Shown here: piece by piece, positions 16,986-26,488 of the stretch | How the letters are laid out: each line of letters opens with the position of its first letter | How positions within the stretch are numbered: position 1 is the stretch's first letter | Source: a virus | Direction: 5' to 3' (one strand) | Virus genome (UHGV): UHGV-0014911 | DNA length: 40,159 nucleotides | Translations under genes and position numbers: made by a program | The notes under the pieces: generated by a model | What the model was told of the DNA's origin: nothing | The model's input: the letters and a program-made list of their open reading frames with translations, nothing else | Databases searched by the model: none

Positions 16986-17203
16986 GTGATCGTGTCATTG
17001 AATGCGCCTCCAGAGTGGGGCGCGACTTCTCAGAGTTCATGAAAGGCGAGAAGGGCATGATGGAAGCATTGGCCTCGGTGGATGAGTTTGGCGAGCAGCT
17101 GCGTCTCAACGGCTGTGTCAATCATCACTTTGTTAGCTACATGATGCGGAACTCGATCATGCAGGCATTCATGGACATGGCAAAAGCCGAGAGGAAAGAA
17201 TAG
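16982..17203 (+). CDS. Hypothetical protein (73 aa); the frame stays open past its TAG stop
   Basis: ATGA overlap with the preceding gene. After the TAG at 17201 the same frame continues with no stop for about 66 codons of charged, helix-like sequence. Confidence 0.3.
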   Translation: MSDRVIECASRVGRDFSEFMKGEKGMMEALASVDEFGEQLRLNGCVNHHFVSYMMRNSIMQAFMDMAKAERKE

Positions 17204-17315
17204 CGCCGGCGTAAGCGAGCGGAAGCAAAAGCGGACCAGCAGCGTACTGAAGAACATGCCGCAGCAACTGAAGCGGTTGCAGAACGCCGGGTAGAAACAA
17301 CGAAAGAGGCCAGCA

Positions 17316-17546
17316 ATGTACAGCAGAGTGTTAACCATATGCTTGGCGACGATGTTGATCGTGAGCTGCGCAACAACTGGACCCGCCCCGGTAGTCGTTG
17401 ATACCGCGTGCGATTGGGTTAAGCCTATCTATCTTACTGACCACGATATTTCCGCTATGGATAAACAGATGAAGCGCGACATCCTGACGCATAACAAAAC
17501 ATGGCAGTCGAACTGTTTGAAGGGAGAAACTGAAATGAAGCAGTAA
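17316..17546 (+). CDS. Putative lipoprotein (signal peptide with lipobox LIVSC)
   Basis: 76 aa, RBS AGAGG. N-terminus MYSRVLTICLATMLIVSC followed by a polar, Cys-containing mature region. Confidence 0.5.
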   Translation: MYSRVLTICLATMLIVSCATTGPAPVVVDTACDWVKPIYLTDHDISAMDKQMKRDILTHNKTWQSNCLKGETEMKQ

Positions 17547-17827
17547 AGCGGACAGACCGCCCTTATAAGCCGCAGTCATGATGCTGCCCCGAGTCTCAAT
17601 GAGAGCCAGATGCAGGTCCAAACTGCAATACGCGCTGGTGAGGGTTAACGAAGAAAAAGGCGTACCGGTACTCCAGAGCGATCGCCAGTCGCTCACCGGT
17701 TAGAGGTGAGGGATTCATGAGATACCCCTGACTACAGACTCAAGGGCATGAGCGCGGCCACTGCGAGAGTGTGGTTTATAACCGCTAAAAAATTTATACT
17801 CCATGGGCATTGAGCATGGAGGGTTGA

Positions 17828-18235
17828 ATGAAACTAAATATCGATTATTTAAAGTCGTTCTTAGCTTTATTTTTAGAATCTGAAAATCCATTTGTTTCGA
17901 CAGATGAGTTGGCTAAAGCCGGTTACGATATTTCAGATGCTGTTGGATATTTTCACTACACCCAGCTAATTGAAAAAGGATTCGTGAGTACCTTGGATCT
18001 CAGGACGGGCAACCCAAAAGAGTTGGGATTAGTATTTTCTACAAATAGCATCACAAGCTGGTCTACTAACATCAGGCTAACTTCAAGCGGATATGATTTT
18101 GCATTGTCATTAAGTAAGCCGGATGTTTTTGAAAGATTGAAAGAGTTGAGCAATGAACCCATCGGGGTTTTGAAGGATGTTGGTGTTGAATTGCTTAAGT
18201 CTTATGCCAAGAAGAAGCTTGGTTTATCTGATTAG
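17828..18235 (+). CDS. Hypothetical protein encoded by an AT-rich moron between the lysis and packaging modules
   Basis: 135 aa in AT-rich DNA, RBS GGAGGG, putative promoter upstream (TTTATA ... TATACT) and a strong terminator immediately downstream. Confidence 0.55.
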   Translation: MKLNIDYLKSFLALFLESENPFVSTDELAKAGYDISDAVGYFHYTQLIEKGFVSTLDLRTGNPKELGLVFSTNSITSWSTNIRLTSSGYDFALSLSKPDVFERLKELSNEPIGVLKDVGVELLKSYAKKKLGLSD

Positions 18236-18263
18236 TATTACTTTCAAATAAAATGAAGTAGGA

Positions 18264-18295
18264 AGCCACAGGCATGTGCCGGTGGCTTTTTTTTA
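18264..18295 (+). terminator. Rho-independent terminator of the moron
   Basis: Hairpin AGCCAC ... GTGGCT with an inner GGCA/TGCC stem, followed by a run of nine T. Confidence 0.7.
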
Positions 18296-18306
18296 TTGGA
18301 GCAAAT

Positions 18307-18657
18307 ATGCCACCCCGGACACCTAAAGCTTGCCGTGTTCGCGGCTGCCGCTCTACAACAACAGACCCATCAGGTTACTGCGAGTCCCACAAAGGCGAAG
18401 GCTGGAAATCCTACAAATCGGGACAATCCCGGCATCAGCGCGGCTACGGTTCGAAGTGGGATGTTATCCGTGAACGAGTGCTGAAGCGTGACAAAGGCCT
18501 GTGTCAGTTGTGTTTGCGTGCTGGTGTGGTGCGCGAGGCGAAAACCGTTGACCACATCATCCCTAAAGCGCATGGCGGCACTGATGCCGAAAGTAATCTG
18601 CAGAGCCTGTGCTGGCCGTGTCATAAGGCGAAGACGGCCCGTGAATGGTTGAAGTAA
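18307..18657 (+). CDS. HNH endonuclease (terminase-associated)
   Basis: Cys/His HNH motif (CQLCLRAG ... VDHIIPKAHGG ... NLQSLCWPCHKAK). Start placed at the ATG at 18307 with RBS GGAG; directly upstream of the terminase small subunit. Confidence 0.85.
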   Translation: MPPRTPKACRVRGCRSTTTDPSGYCESHKGEGWKSYKSGQSRHQRGYGSKWDVIRERVLKRDKGLCQLCLRAGVVREAKTVDHIIPKAHGGTDAESNLQSLCWPCHKAKTAREWLK

Positions 18658-18782
18658 GAACCAGTTCCCACTGCCAGAGGGGAGGGGCGGGTCAAATCCC
18701 TGTGACCTGACGTCTTCCGGACTGCCCGCCCCATCGTTTTTTTATACCCGCGAAAAATGAAATTTAACCAGGAGTGCCGCAT
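18658..18782. other. Candidate cos/packaging-site region between the HNH and small terminase genes
   Basis: GC-rich inverted repeat GGGGCGGG ... CCCGCCCC (about 18682-18730) followed by a T run. Position matches cos in HNH-dependent cos phages. No experimental end mapping available. Confidence 0.3.
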
Positions 18783-19277
18783 ATGGCTGGAACGGCGGGG
18801 CGTTCCGGGCGTCGCCCCAAGCCAACGGCGCGCAAGGCGCTGGCCGGAAACCCCGGCAAGCGAGCCCTGAACAAAGATGAACCTGTTTTTACGCCCATCA
18901 AAGGCGTTGAGCCACCGGAGTGGTTCGCAGAAGAAAATCTCCCTCTCGCCACGATCATGTGGCAACTGACAACCAAAGAACTCTGCGGTCAGGGCCTGCT
19001 GTGCGTGACTGACCTCGCGGTGCTTGAGCGGTGGTGCGTAGCCTATGAGTTCTGGCGACGTGCCGTGAAAAATATTGCCAGCCAGGGCAACACCATCACC
19101 GGTGCAATGGGCGGTATGGTCAAAAATCCGGAGCTGACCGCCAAGAAAGAACAGGAGTCCGAGATGAGCAGCACGGGGGCAATGCTCGGACTCGACCCCA
19201 GCAGCCGCCAGCGTCTGATTGGCCTGGCGGGGCAGAAGAAAGCCACTAACCCGTTTCTGAAAATTATCGAATCATGA
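18783..19277 (+). CDS. Terminase small subunit (P27-like family)
   Basis: Start placed at the ATG at 18783 with RBS GGAG. Basic N-terminus ([25 protein letters not shown]) and position upstream of the large subunit. Confidence 0.8.
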   Translation: MAGTAGRSGRRPKPTARKALAGNPGKRALNKDEPVFTPIKGVEPPEWFAEENLPLATIMWQLTTKELCGQGLLCVTDLAVLERWCVAYEFWRRAVKNIASQGNTITGAMGGMVKNPELTAKKEQESEMSSTGAMLGLDPSSRQRLIGLAGQKKATNPFLKIIES

Positions 19278-21007
19278 GCCGGAAATCTTACCCCAACGTA
19301 AATGCTGCCAATCAGTATGCCCGGGATGTCGTGCGCGGAAAGATTGTGGCCTGCCAGTTTGTGATTCAGGCCTGCCAGCGCCATCTTGATGACCTGATGG
19401 CGGAAAAAAGTAAGTCGTTTCGTTACCGCTTCGACAAGGACCTGGCTGAACGGGCCGCCAAATTTATTCAGCTGTTGCCGCACACCAAGGGTGAGTGGGC
19501 ATTTAAGAGGATGCCCATCACGCTGGAGCCGTGGCAGCTCTTTGTGATCTGCTGCGCGTTTGGCTGGGTCAATAAAGGCTCCCGGCTGCGTCGCTTCCGT
19601 GAGGTGTATACCGAAATCCCCCGTAAGAACGGCAAATCGGCAATCTCTGCCGGTGTCGCCCTGTATTGTTTTGCCTGTGATAACGAGTTCGGCGCGGAAG
19701 TGTATTCCGGTGCCACGACGGAGAAACAGGCATGGGAAGTCTTTCGTCCGGCAAGACTGATGTGTAAACGCACACCCATGCTGACGGAAGCGTTCGGGAT
19801 TGAGGTTAACGCCTCAAACATGAACCGTCCGGAGGATGGTGCGCGTTTTGAACCGCTGATCGGTAACCCCGGTGATGGTTCATCACCCCACTGTGCGGTG
19901 GTGGATGAATATCACGAGCACGCCACAGATGCGCTTTACACCACGATGCTTACCGGGATGGGGGCGCGACGTCAGCCACTGATGTGGGCTATCACTACCG
20001 CCGGGTACAACATTGAGGGGCCGTGCTACGACAAACGGCGGGAAGTCATCGAGATGCTCAACGGCTCGGTGCCTAACGATGAACTGTTCGGGATCATCTA
20101 TACCGTTGATGAAGGTGACGACTGGACCGACCCGCAGGTGCTGGAAAAAGCCAATCCAAATATTGGCGTGTCGGTTTATCGCGAATTTTTGTTAAGTCAG
20201 CAGCAGCGTGCGAAAAATAACGCCCGTCTGGCAAACGTCTTTAAAACAAAACACCTCAATATCTGGGTGTCGGCGCGTTCGGCGTATTTCAATCTGGTGA
20301 GCTGGCAGAGCTGCGAGGATAAATCATTGACCATTGAGCAGTTCGAGGGGCAACCGTGCATTCTGGCCTTTGACCTGGCGCGTAAGCTGGATATGAACAG
20401 TATGGCGCGACTTTATACCCGCGAGATTGACGGTAAAACGCATTACTACAGTGTGGCTCCGCGCTTCTGGGTACCGTATGACACGGTGTACAGCGTCGAG
20501 AAAAATGAAGATCGCCGGACAGCCGAACGCTTTCAGAAATGGGTGGAAATGGGCGTTCTGACCGTTACCGCTGGTGCGGAGGTGGATTATCGCTACATCC
20601 TCGAGGAGGCCAAAGCGGCGAACAAAATCAGTCCGGTCAGTGAGTCACCCATCGACCCCTTCGGGGCGACCGGGTTGTCACATGACCTTGCTGATGAAGA
20701 CCTGAACCCCATCACTATCATTCAGAACTACACCAACATGTCCGACCCGATGAAAGAGCTGGAAGCGGCAATTGAATCGGGGCGCTTTCATCATGATGGC
20801 AATCCCATCATGACCTGGTGTATCGGCAACGTGGTCGGCAAAACCATTCCGGGTAACGATGATGTGGTGAAGCCCGTCAAAGAGCAGGCGGAAAACAAAA
20901 TTGACGGTGCAGTTGCGCTGATTATGGCGGTTGGCAGAGCCATGCTGTACGAGAAAGAAGACACGCTGTCTGACCACATTGAGTCCTATGGGATCCGCTC
21001 GCTTTAA
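19274..21007 (+). CDS. Terminase large subunit (ATPase/nuclease)
   Basis: 577 aa with a P-loop-like motif ([13 protein letters not shown]) and acidic nuclease-domain residues; ATGA overlap with the small subunit. Confidence 0.9.
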   Translation: MSRKSYPNVNAANQYARDVVRGKIVACQFVIQACQRHLDDLMAEKSKSFRYRFDKDLAERAAKFIQLLPHTKGEWAFKRMPITLEPWQLFVICCAFGWVNKGSRLRRFREVYTEIPRKNGKSAISAGVALYCFACDNEFGAEVYSGATTEKQAWEVFRPARLMCKRTPMLTEAFGIEVNASNMNRPEDGARFEPLIGNPGDGSSPHCAVVDEYHEHATDALYTTMLTGMGARRQPLMWAITTAGYNIEGPCYDKRREVIEMLNGSVPNDELFGIIYTVDEGDDWTDPQVLEKANPNIGVSVYREFLLSQQQRAKNNARLANVFKTKHLNIWVSARSAYFNLVSWQSCEDKSLTIEQFEGQPCILAFDLARKLDMNSMARLYTREIDGKTHYYSVAPRFWVPYDTVYSVEKNEDRRTAERFQKWVEMGVLTVTAGAEVDYRYILEEAKAANKISPVSESPIDPFGATGLSHDLADEDLNPITIIQNYTNMSDPMKELEAAIESGRFHHDGNPIMTWCIGNVVGKTIPGNDDVVKPVKEQAENKIDGAVALIMAVGRAMLYEKEDTLSDHIESYGIRSL

Positions 21008-21018
21008 CTGAGGTAATT

Positions 21019-21201
21019 ATGATCATGCTGATTCTCGCGCCTCTGGTGGGCGTGCTGGGGGCGCTTTTGCTGGCGTATGGTGCCTGGCTGATTTATCCCC
21101 CGGCGGGGTTTGTTGTTGCCGGGGCGTTGTGCCTGTTCTGGTCGTGGCTGGTGGCGCGATATCTCGACCGTACACAGCTGTCTGTTGGTGGAGGTAAATA
21201 G
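21019..21201 (+). CDS. Small predicted membrane protein (60 aa, two hydrophobic helices)
   Basis: [26 protein letters not shown] ... [18 protein letters not shown]; RBS GAGG; between terminase and portal. Confidence 0.45.
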   Translation: MIMLILAPLVGVLGALLLAYGAWLIYPPAGFVVAGALCLFWSWLVARYLDRTQLSVGGGK

Positions 21202-22442
21202 TGTTCTTTTCGGGATTATTTCAACGAAAAAGTGACGCACCGGTGACCACGCCAGCAGAGCTGGCGGATGCCATCGGGTTGTCCTACGACACCTATACCG
21301 GAAAGCAGATCAGCAGTCAGCGGGCCATGCGACTGACGGCGGTTTTTTCCTGCGTCAGAGTGCTGGCAGAGTCGGTCGGGATGTTGCCCTGCAATCTGTA
21401 TCACCTGAACGGCAGCCTGAAGCAGAGAGCCACCGGCGAACGTCTGCATAAACTGATCTCCACGCATCCCAATGGCTATATGACGCCGCAGGAGTTCTGG
21501 GAGCTGGTGGTCACCTGTCTGTGCCTGAGGGGAAATTTTTACGCCTACAAAGTGAAAGCATTTGGCGAAGTGGCTGAACTGCTGCCCGTCGACCCCGGTT
21601 GTGTGGTACCGAAGCTTAACAGTAGCTGGGAACCGGTTTACCAGGTCACATTCCCGGACGGCTCCACGGATGTACTGAGCCAGGAAGATATCTGGCATGT
21701 GCGCACGCTGACGCTGGACGGACTGGTGGGGCTGAATCCCATCGCCTATGCCCGCGAGGCAATATCGCTGGCGGCAGCGACCGAAGAGCACGGGGCCAGA
21801 CTGTTCAGCAATGGCGCGGTGACGTCGGGTGTGTTGCGTACAGAGCAGACGCTGTCAGATCAGGCTTACGAGCGCCTGAAGAAAGATTTTGAGGAGCGTC
21901 ACACCGGGCTTGGTAATGCTCACCGCCCGATGATCCTTGAGATGGGGCTGGACTGGAAGTCGATGGCGCTGAACGCCGAGGACAGCCAGTTCCTGGAAAC
22001 CCGCAAGTTTCAGCTTGAAGAAATCTGTCGTCTGTTCCGGGTGCCGTTGCACATGGTGCAGAACACCGATCGCGCCACCTTCAACAATATTGAAGAGCTG
22101 GGGCTGGGATTTATCAACTATTCACTGGTGCCGTATCTGACCCGCATCGAGCAGCGGATCAACACCGGACTGGTTCGAAAAAGTAAGCAGGGCGTTTATT
22201 ACGCCAAATTTAACGCCGGGGCGTTACTGCGCGGGGATATGAAGTCCCGTTTTGAAGCCTACGCCACCGGGATTAACTGGGGAATTTACTCTCCCAATGA
22301 CTGCCGCGACCTGGAAGATATGAATCCGCGTCCCGGTGGGGATGTCTATCTCACACCGATGAACATGACCACGAAACCCTCCGATGGCAGTAAAGCCGGT
22401 AAGCAGAAGGATAACGCCAATGCAGACGAAACAACGTCTTGA
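21201..22442 (+). CDS. Portal protein (HK97 family)
   Basis: 413 aa, GTG start with RBS GGAGG, immediately after the terminase and before the prohead protease. Confidence 0.85.
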   Translation: MFFSGLFQRKSDAPVTTPAELADAIGLSYDTYTGKQISSQRAMRLTAVFSCVRVLAESVGMLPCNLYHLNGSLKQRATGERLHKLISTHPNGYMTPQEFWELVVTCLCLRGNFYAYKVKAFGEVAELLPVDPGCVVPKLNSSWEPVYQVTFPDGSTDVLSQEDIWHVRTLTLDGLVGLNPIAYAREAISLAAATEEHGARLFSNGAVTSGVLRTEQTLSDQAYERLKKDFEERHTGLGNAHRPMILEMGLDWKSMALNAEDSQFLETRKFQLEEICRLFRVPLHMVQNTDRATFNNIEELGLGFINYSLVPYLTRIEQRINTGLVRKSKQGVYYAKFNAGALLRGDMKSRFEAYATGINWGIYSPNDCRDLEDMNPRPGGDVYLTPMNMTTKPSDGSKAGKQKDNANADETTS

Positions 22443-23070
22443 TGTACCGCTGAGTCTGAAATCTGTCAGTGACTCCGGTGAGTTTGAAGGGTATGGCTCC
22501 GTCTTTGGTGTAAAGGACAGCCACGATGATGTGGTGATGTCCGGGGCATTTGCTGCTTCCCTGCGGGCGTGGAGTGACAGAAAAGCGTTACCAGCGCTGC
22601 TCTGGCAGCACCGCATGGATGAGCCCATCGGTGTTTATACCGAAATGAAGGAAGACGATGTCGGGCTTTACGTCAGGGGGCGGTTGCTCATTGATGATGA
22701 TCCCCTGGCAAAACGCGCACATGCACACATGAAGGCCGGTTCGTTAACCGGCCTTTCTATTGGGTACGTCCTGAAGGACTGGGAATACGACCGGACGAAA
22801 GAAGCCTTTCTGCTGAAAGAAATCGACCTCTGGGAAGTCAGTCTGGTGACGTTTCCGTCTAACGACGAGGCGCGGATCAGCGACGTCAAGAACGCGCTGG
22901 CCCGCGGGGAAATCCCCGAACAGAAAAAAATCGAAAGAGTCCTGCGTGATGTCGGACTCTCCCGTACCCAGGCCAAAGCATTCATGGCCGGGGGCTATGG
23001 CGCACTGTCCCTGCGCGACGCTGAGGATGTGGGCTCTGCACTGAATGCACTGAAAAATCTGAACTTCTAA
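22420..23070 (+). CDS. Prohead maturation protease (HK97 family)
   Basis: Motifs GYGSVFGVKDSHDDVVMSGAF. Start placed at the ATG at 22420 (RBS GAAGG); the track start at 22384 is an alternative. Confidence 0.8.
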   Translation: MQTKQRLDVPLSLKSVSDSGEFEGYGSVFGVKDSHDDVVMSGAFAASLRAWSDRKALPALLWQHRMDEPIGVYTEMKEDDVGLYVRGRLLIDDDPLAKRAHAHMKAGSLTGLSIGYVLKDWEYDRTKEAFLLKEIDLWEVSLVTFPSNDEARISDVKNALARGEIPEQKKIERVLRDVGLSRTQAKAFMAGGYGALSLRDAEDVGSALNALKNLNF

Positions 23071-23084
23071 TCAGGAGAAATACG

Positions 23085-24290
23085 ATGGCGGTAGATATTA
23101 AAGATGTCGAACAGGTCGCGCAGGAGCTGCAGCAGAAGTTTGACGACTTCAAAGCAAAGAACGACAAGCGCGTGGATGCGATTGAGCAGGAAAAAGGCAA
23201 ACTTGCCGGGCAGGTGGAAACCCTGAACGGGAAACTCAGCGAGCTGGAAAACCTCAAAAGCGATCTTGAAAAAGAGCTTCTTGAGCTGAAACGTCCGGCA
23301 GGTGGTGCGCAAAATAAACTGGCCACCGAGCATAAAGAAGCGTTTGTGGGCTTCCTGCGTAAAGGCCGTGAAGATGGTCTGCGCGATCTGGAGCGCAAGG
23401 CATTACAGGTGGGCACCGATGAAGACGGCGGCTATGCCGTGCCGGAAGCACTGGATCGCAACATTCTTACCCTGCTGAAAGATGAAGTGGTGATGCGCCA
23501 GGAAGCCACGGTGATCACCGTTGGCGGTTCCGACTACAAAAAACTGGTGAATCTGGGCGGCACGGCTTCCGGATGGGTTGGCGAGACTGACACGCGCTCC
23601 CAGACTGCCACCTCAAAACTGGGACTGATTGAACCTTTCATGGGGGAAATCTACGGTAACCCGCAGGCCACCCAGAAAATGCTGGATGATGCCTTTTTCA
23701 ACGTGGAGGCCTGGATCAACAGCGAGCTGGCAACCGAATTTGCCGAACAGGAAGAAATTGCCTTTACCACCGGCGATGGTACCAAGAAGCCGAAAGGGTT
23801 CCTGGCGTATGAATCCACGGATGAAACCGATAAGGTCCGGGCGTTCGGCAAACTTCAGCATATTGTATCCGGCGACGCGACTGCGGTGACCGCAGACGCC
23901 ATTATCAAACTGATTTACACGCTGCGAAAGGCACACCGCACTGGCGCGAAGTTCATGATGAATAACAACAGCCTGTTTGCCATCCGTCTGCTGAAAGACA
24001 CCGAGGGTAACTATCTGTGGCGTCCGGGGCTGGAACTGGGGCAGCCGTCCTCTCTGGCGGGTTACGGTATCGCTGAAAACGAACAGATGCCGGATATCGC
24101 CGCTGATGCGAAAGCCCTTGCATTTGGTAACTTCAAACGGGGTTACACCATCGTTGACCGTATCGGCACCCGCATTCTGCGTGACCCGTACACCAATAAA
24201 CCGTTTGTCGGTTTTTATACCACCAAGCGCACCGGCGGGATGCTGGTCGATTCGCAGGCCATCAAACTGCTGAAGATTGCAGCGGCGTAA
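23085..24290 (+). CDS. Major capsid protein (HK97 fold) with N-terminal coiled-coil delta domain
   Basis: 401 aa, RBS AGGAGA. Coiled-coil N-terminal 70 residues followed by the capsid domain; gene order protease then capsid. Confidence 0.9.
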   Translation: MAVDIKDVEQVAQELQQKFDDFKAKNDKRVDAIEQEKGKLAGQVETLNGKLSELENLKSDLEKELLELKRPAGGAQNKLATEHKEAFVGFLRKGREDGLRDLERKALQVGTDEDGGYAVPEALDRNILTLLKDEVVMRQEATVITVGGSDYKKLVNLGGTASGWVGETDTRSQTATSKLGLIEPFMGEIYGNPQATQKMLDDAFFNVEAWINSELATEFAEQEEIAFTTGDGTKKPKGFLAYESTDETDKVRAFGKLQHIVSGDATAVTADAIIKLIYTLRKAHRTGAKFMMNNNSLFAIRLLKDTEGNYLWRPGLELGQPSSLAGYGIAENEQMPDIAADAKALAFGNFKRGYTIVDRIGTRILRDPYTNKPFVGFYTTKRTGGMLVDSQAIKLLKIAAA

Positions 24291-24296
24291 TCACTC

Positions 24297-24318
24297 AGGG
24301 GCGCGGAACCGCGCCCCT
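24297..24318. repeat. GC-rich perfect inverted repeat (hairpin) immediately after the capsid gene
   Basis: AGGGGCGCGG-aa-CCGCGCCCCT, 7 bp after the capsid stop; no following T run. Confidence 0.6.
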
Positions 24319-24338
24319 GTTCTGACGGGTGAAGAATC

Positions 24339-24539
24339 ATGATCCTGAAACAAGATCTGAAATGGTCACCGGACGGTATGCGTGTTGAGGTCATTCGGGC
24401 CGGTGAGTATGACGACGGGGCGCTTCCTGCCCGGGTGCAGGAGATTGCACTTCAGGCCGGGTTAGCAGAGCGCGGAACCAGTGCAAAAAGCAGTAAAGCG
24501 GCAAAAGAGAAAAAAGCCACGACCAGTAAAGAGGGCTGA
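24339..24539 (+). CDS. Hypothetical small head-module protein (66 aa)
   Basis: Lys/Ala-rich C-terminus; between the capsid and head-tail connector genes. Confidence 0.4.
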   Translation: MILKQDLKWSPDGMRVEVIRAGEYDDGALPARVQEIALQAGLAERGTSAKSSKAAKEKKATTSKEG

Positions 24540-24541
24540 GT

Positions 24542-24865
24542 ATGCTTCTGACAATGGAAGAGATTAAAGCCCAACTCCGGCTGGATGAGGATTTCGATGC
24601 TGATGACCGCCATCTGCAACTGCTGGCCTGTGCGGCGCAAAAGCGGACGGAAACGTATCTGAACCGGAAGCTCTATGCACCGGATGAAACCATTCCGGAC
24701 AGCGATCCGGACGGGCTGCACCTGTCGGATGATATTCGTCTGGGGATGCTGATGCTTATCAGCCATTTTTACGAAAACCGCTCTTCGGTTACGGAAGTGG
24801 AGAAACTCGACATGCCGCAGAGTTTTGGCTGGCTTGTCGGCCCGTACAGGTACTTTCCGCAATGA
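24542..24865 (+). CDS. Head-tail connector protein (gp6-like)
   Basis: 107 aa; position and typical N-terminus (EEIKAQLRLDEDFDADD). Confidence 0.7.
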   Translation: MLLTMEEIKAQLRLDEDFDADDRHLQLLACAAQKRTETYLNRKLYAPDETIPDSDPDGLHLSDDIRLGMLMLISHFYENRSSVTEVEKLDMPQSFGWLVGPYRYFPQ

Positions 24866-25272
24866 AAATTCGTCAGGCGCAGACCAGCGCAACCTACATT
24901 CTGCCGGACCCCGGCGAACTGAATAAACGCGTCCTGATCCGCCAGCGGGTGGATATGCCTGTGGATAACTTTGGCGTGGAGCCTCAATACCCGGTTGCGT
25001 TCCGGGCATGGGCGAAGGTTGTCCAGACCAGTGCCACCACCTGGCAGGAAACCGCGCAGACCGGGGACGCCATCACCCATTACATCACCATTCGTTACCG
25101 CCGGGGGATCACTGCTGATTATGAGGTGGTCTGTGATGACAGTGTGTACCGGGTGAAACGTCAGCGTGATCTGAACGGGGCGCGGCGCTTTCTGCTGCTG
25201 GAGTGTACGGAGCTGGGCGAATGTAGGCAGAGTCACGGAGGCAGCAATGGCGACTCCCTTTTTTCACGTTGA
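24862..25272 (+). CDS. Head closure / head-tail adaptor protein
   Basis: 136 aa, position in the head completion block; overlaps the next gene by 26 nt. Confidence 0.55.
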   Translation: MKIRQAQTSATYILPDPGELNKRVLIRQRVDMPVDNFGVEPQYPVAFRAWAKVVQTSATTWQETAQTGDAITHYITIRYRRGITADYEVVCDDSVYRVKRQRDLNGARRFLLLECTELGECRQSHGGSNGDSLFSR

Positions 25273-25753
25273 TGTTCAGCAGCCCGCCGAGATGCGCTTT
25301 AACCGCGCCCGTGTCCGGCGGGCGTTTGTCACGATTGGGCAGCGTCATATGCGTGATGCCCGTCGGCTGGTGATGCGCCGTGCGCGGTCGGCACCGGGTG
25401 AAAACCCCGGTTATCAGACCGGACGCCTGGCTCGTTCGATTGGTTATATGGTGCCGAGAGCCAGTAAAAAGCGAGCCGGTTTTATGACACGCATTGCCCC
25501 TAACCAGCGCAACGGGAAGGGGAACCGGATGATCTCTGGTGACTTCTATCCGGCGTTTCTGTTTTTTGGTGTCCGGGGAGGAGCAAAACGTCGTCGCAGT
25601 CATCATCGTGGTGCATCCGGTGGCAGCGGCTGGCGACTGGCTCCACGTAATAACTTCATGGTGGAAACTCTTGAAAAGAACCGCAGCTGGACACGCTATT
25701 TTCTGGCGCGGGAATTGCGTAAATCACTGAAGCCGGAGCGACGACACAGATGA
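25247..25753 (+). CDS. HK97 gp10-family head-tail joining protein
   Basis: 168 aa, RBS GGAGG, motif QTGRLARSIGY, basic C-terminal region. Confidence 0.6.
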   Translation: MATPFFHVDVQQPAEMRFNRARVRRAFVTIGQRHMRDARRLVMRRARSAPGENPGYQTGRLARSIGYMVPRASKKRAGFMTRIAPNQRNGKGNRMISGDFYPAFLFFGVRGGAKRRRSHHRGASGGSGWRLAPRNNFMVETLEKNRSWTRYFLARELRKSLKPERRHR

Positions 25754-26310
25754 AACTGACGCCTGTTATTGCTGCGCTGCGTGCCCGCTGCCCGTATTTT
25801 GAAAACCGGGTGGCAGGCGCGGCACAGTTCAAAAATCTGCCGGAGGTCGGAAAGCTGAGACTCCCGGCGGCGTATGTGGTACCGGGTGATGACTCTCCGG
25901 GAGAAAACAAAAGCCAGACCGACTACTGGCAGGAGCTGAAAGAGGGCTTCTCCGTGGTTGTCATACTGAGTAACGGGCGTGATGAGCGCGGTCAGTTTGC
26001 CTCGTATGATGTGGTGGACGATGTCCGGCAGATGTTCTTTAAGGCCCTGCTGGGCTGGAACCCGGAAGCGTGCGGTAACCCGATTACCTATGACGGCGGC
26101 ACGCTGCTGGATCTGAATCGTCATGAGCTGATTTATCAGTTCGATTTTTCGGTCATCAGCGAGCTGACTGAAGACGATACCCGCCAGCAGGATGATCTGA
26201 ACAGTCTGGATGAACTGCAAACGCTGGCGATTGATGTTGATTATCTCGAGCCCGGTAACGGGCCTGACGGCGATATCGAACATCACACCGAAATAACCCT
26301 TCCTTCCTGA
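25750..26310 (+). CDS. Putative tail completion / sheath terminator protein (Mu gpK-like position)
   Basis: 186 aa, between the head completion genes and the sheath gene. Confidence 0.4.
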   Translation: MKLTPVIAALRARCPYFENRVAGAAQFKNLPEVGKLRLPAAYVVPGDDSPGENKSQTDYWQELKEGFSVVVILSNGRDERGQFASYDVVDDVRQMFFKALLGWNPEACGNPITYDGGTLLDLNRHELIYQFDFSVISELTEDDTRQQDDLNSLDELQTLAIDVDYLEPGNGPDGDIEHHTEITLPS

Positions 26311-26317
26311 GGATCCT

Positions 26318-26488
26318 CATGTTTGTGAAACCTGTTAAAGGGCGGTCAGTTCCTGACCCTGCCCGCGGCGACCTTTTGCCCGCCGAAGGGCGAAATGTTG
26401 ACGAGAACAACTACTGGCTGCGCCGTGAAGCAGCGGGTGATATCCGGCGCGTGAATAAAAAGGTGAACACCGATGACGATAAGCTTTA
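26318..26488 (+). CDS. Small conserved protein preceding the sheath gene (DUF2635-like), absent from the ORF track
   Basis: Manual translation gives MFVKPVKGRSVPDPARGDLLPAEGRNVDENNYWLRREAAGDIRRVNKKVNTDDDKL (56 aa) with RBS GAGGA 5 nt upstream. Confidence 0.55.

Noticed and set aside
24452-26286. Long minus-strand ORFs (155-196 aa) antisense to the head completion genes
   Set aside because: They are Arg/Pro/His-rich antisense frames of well-supported plus-strand genes in a co-directional late operon; no independent signals.
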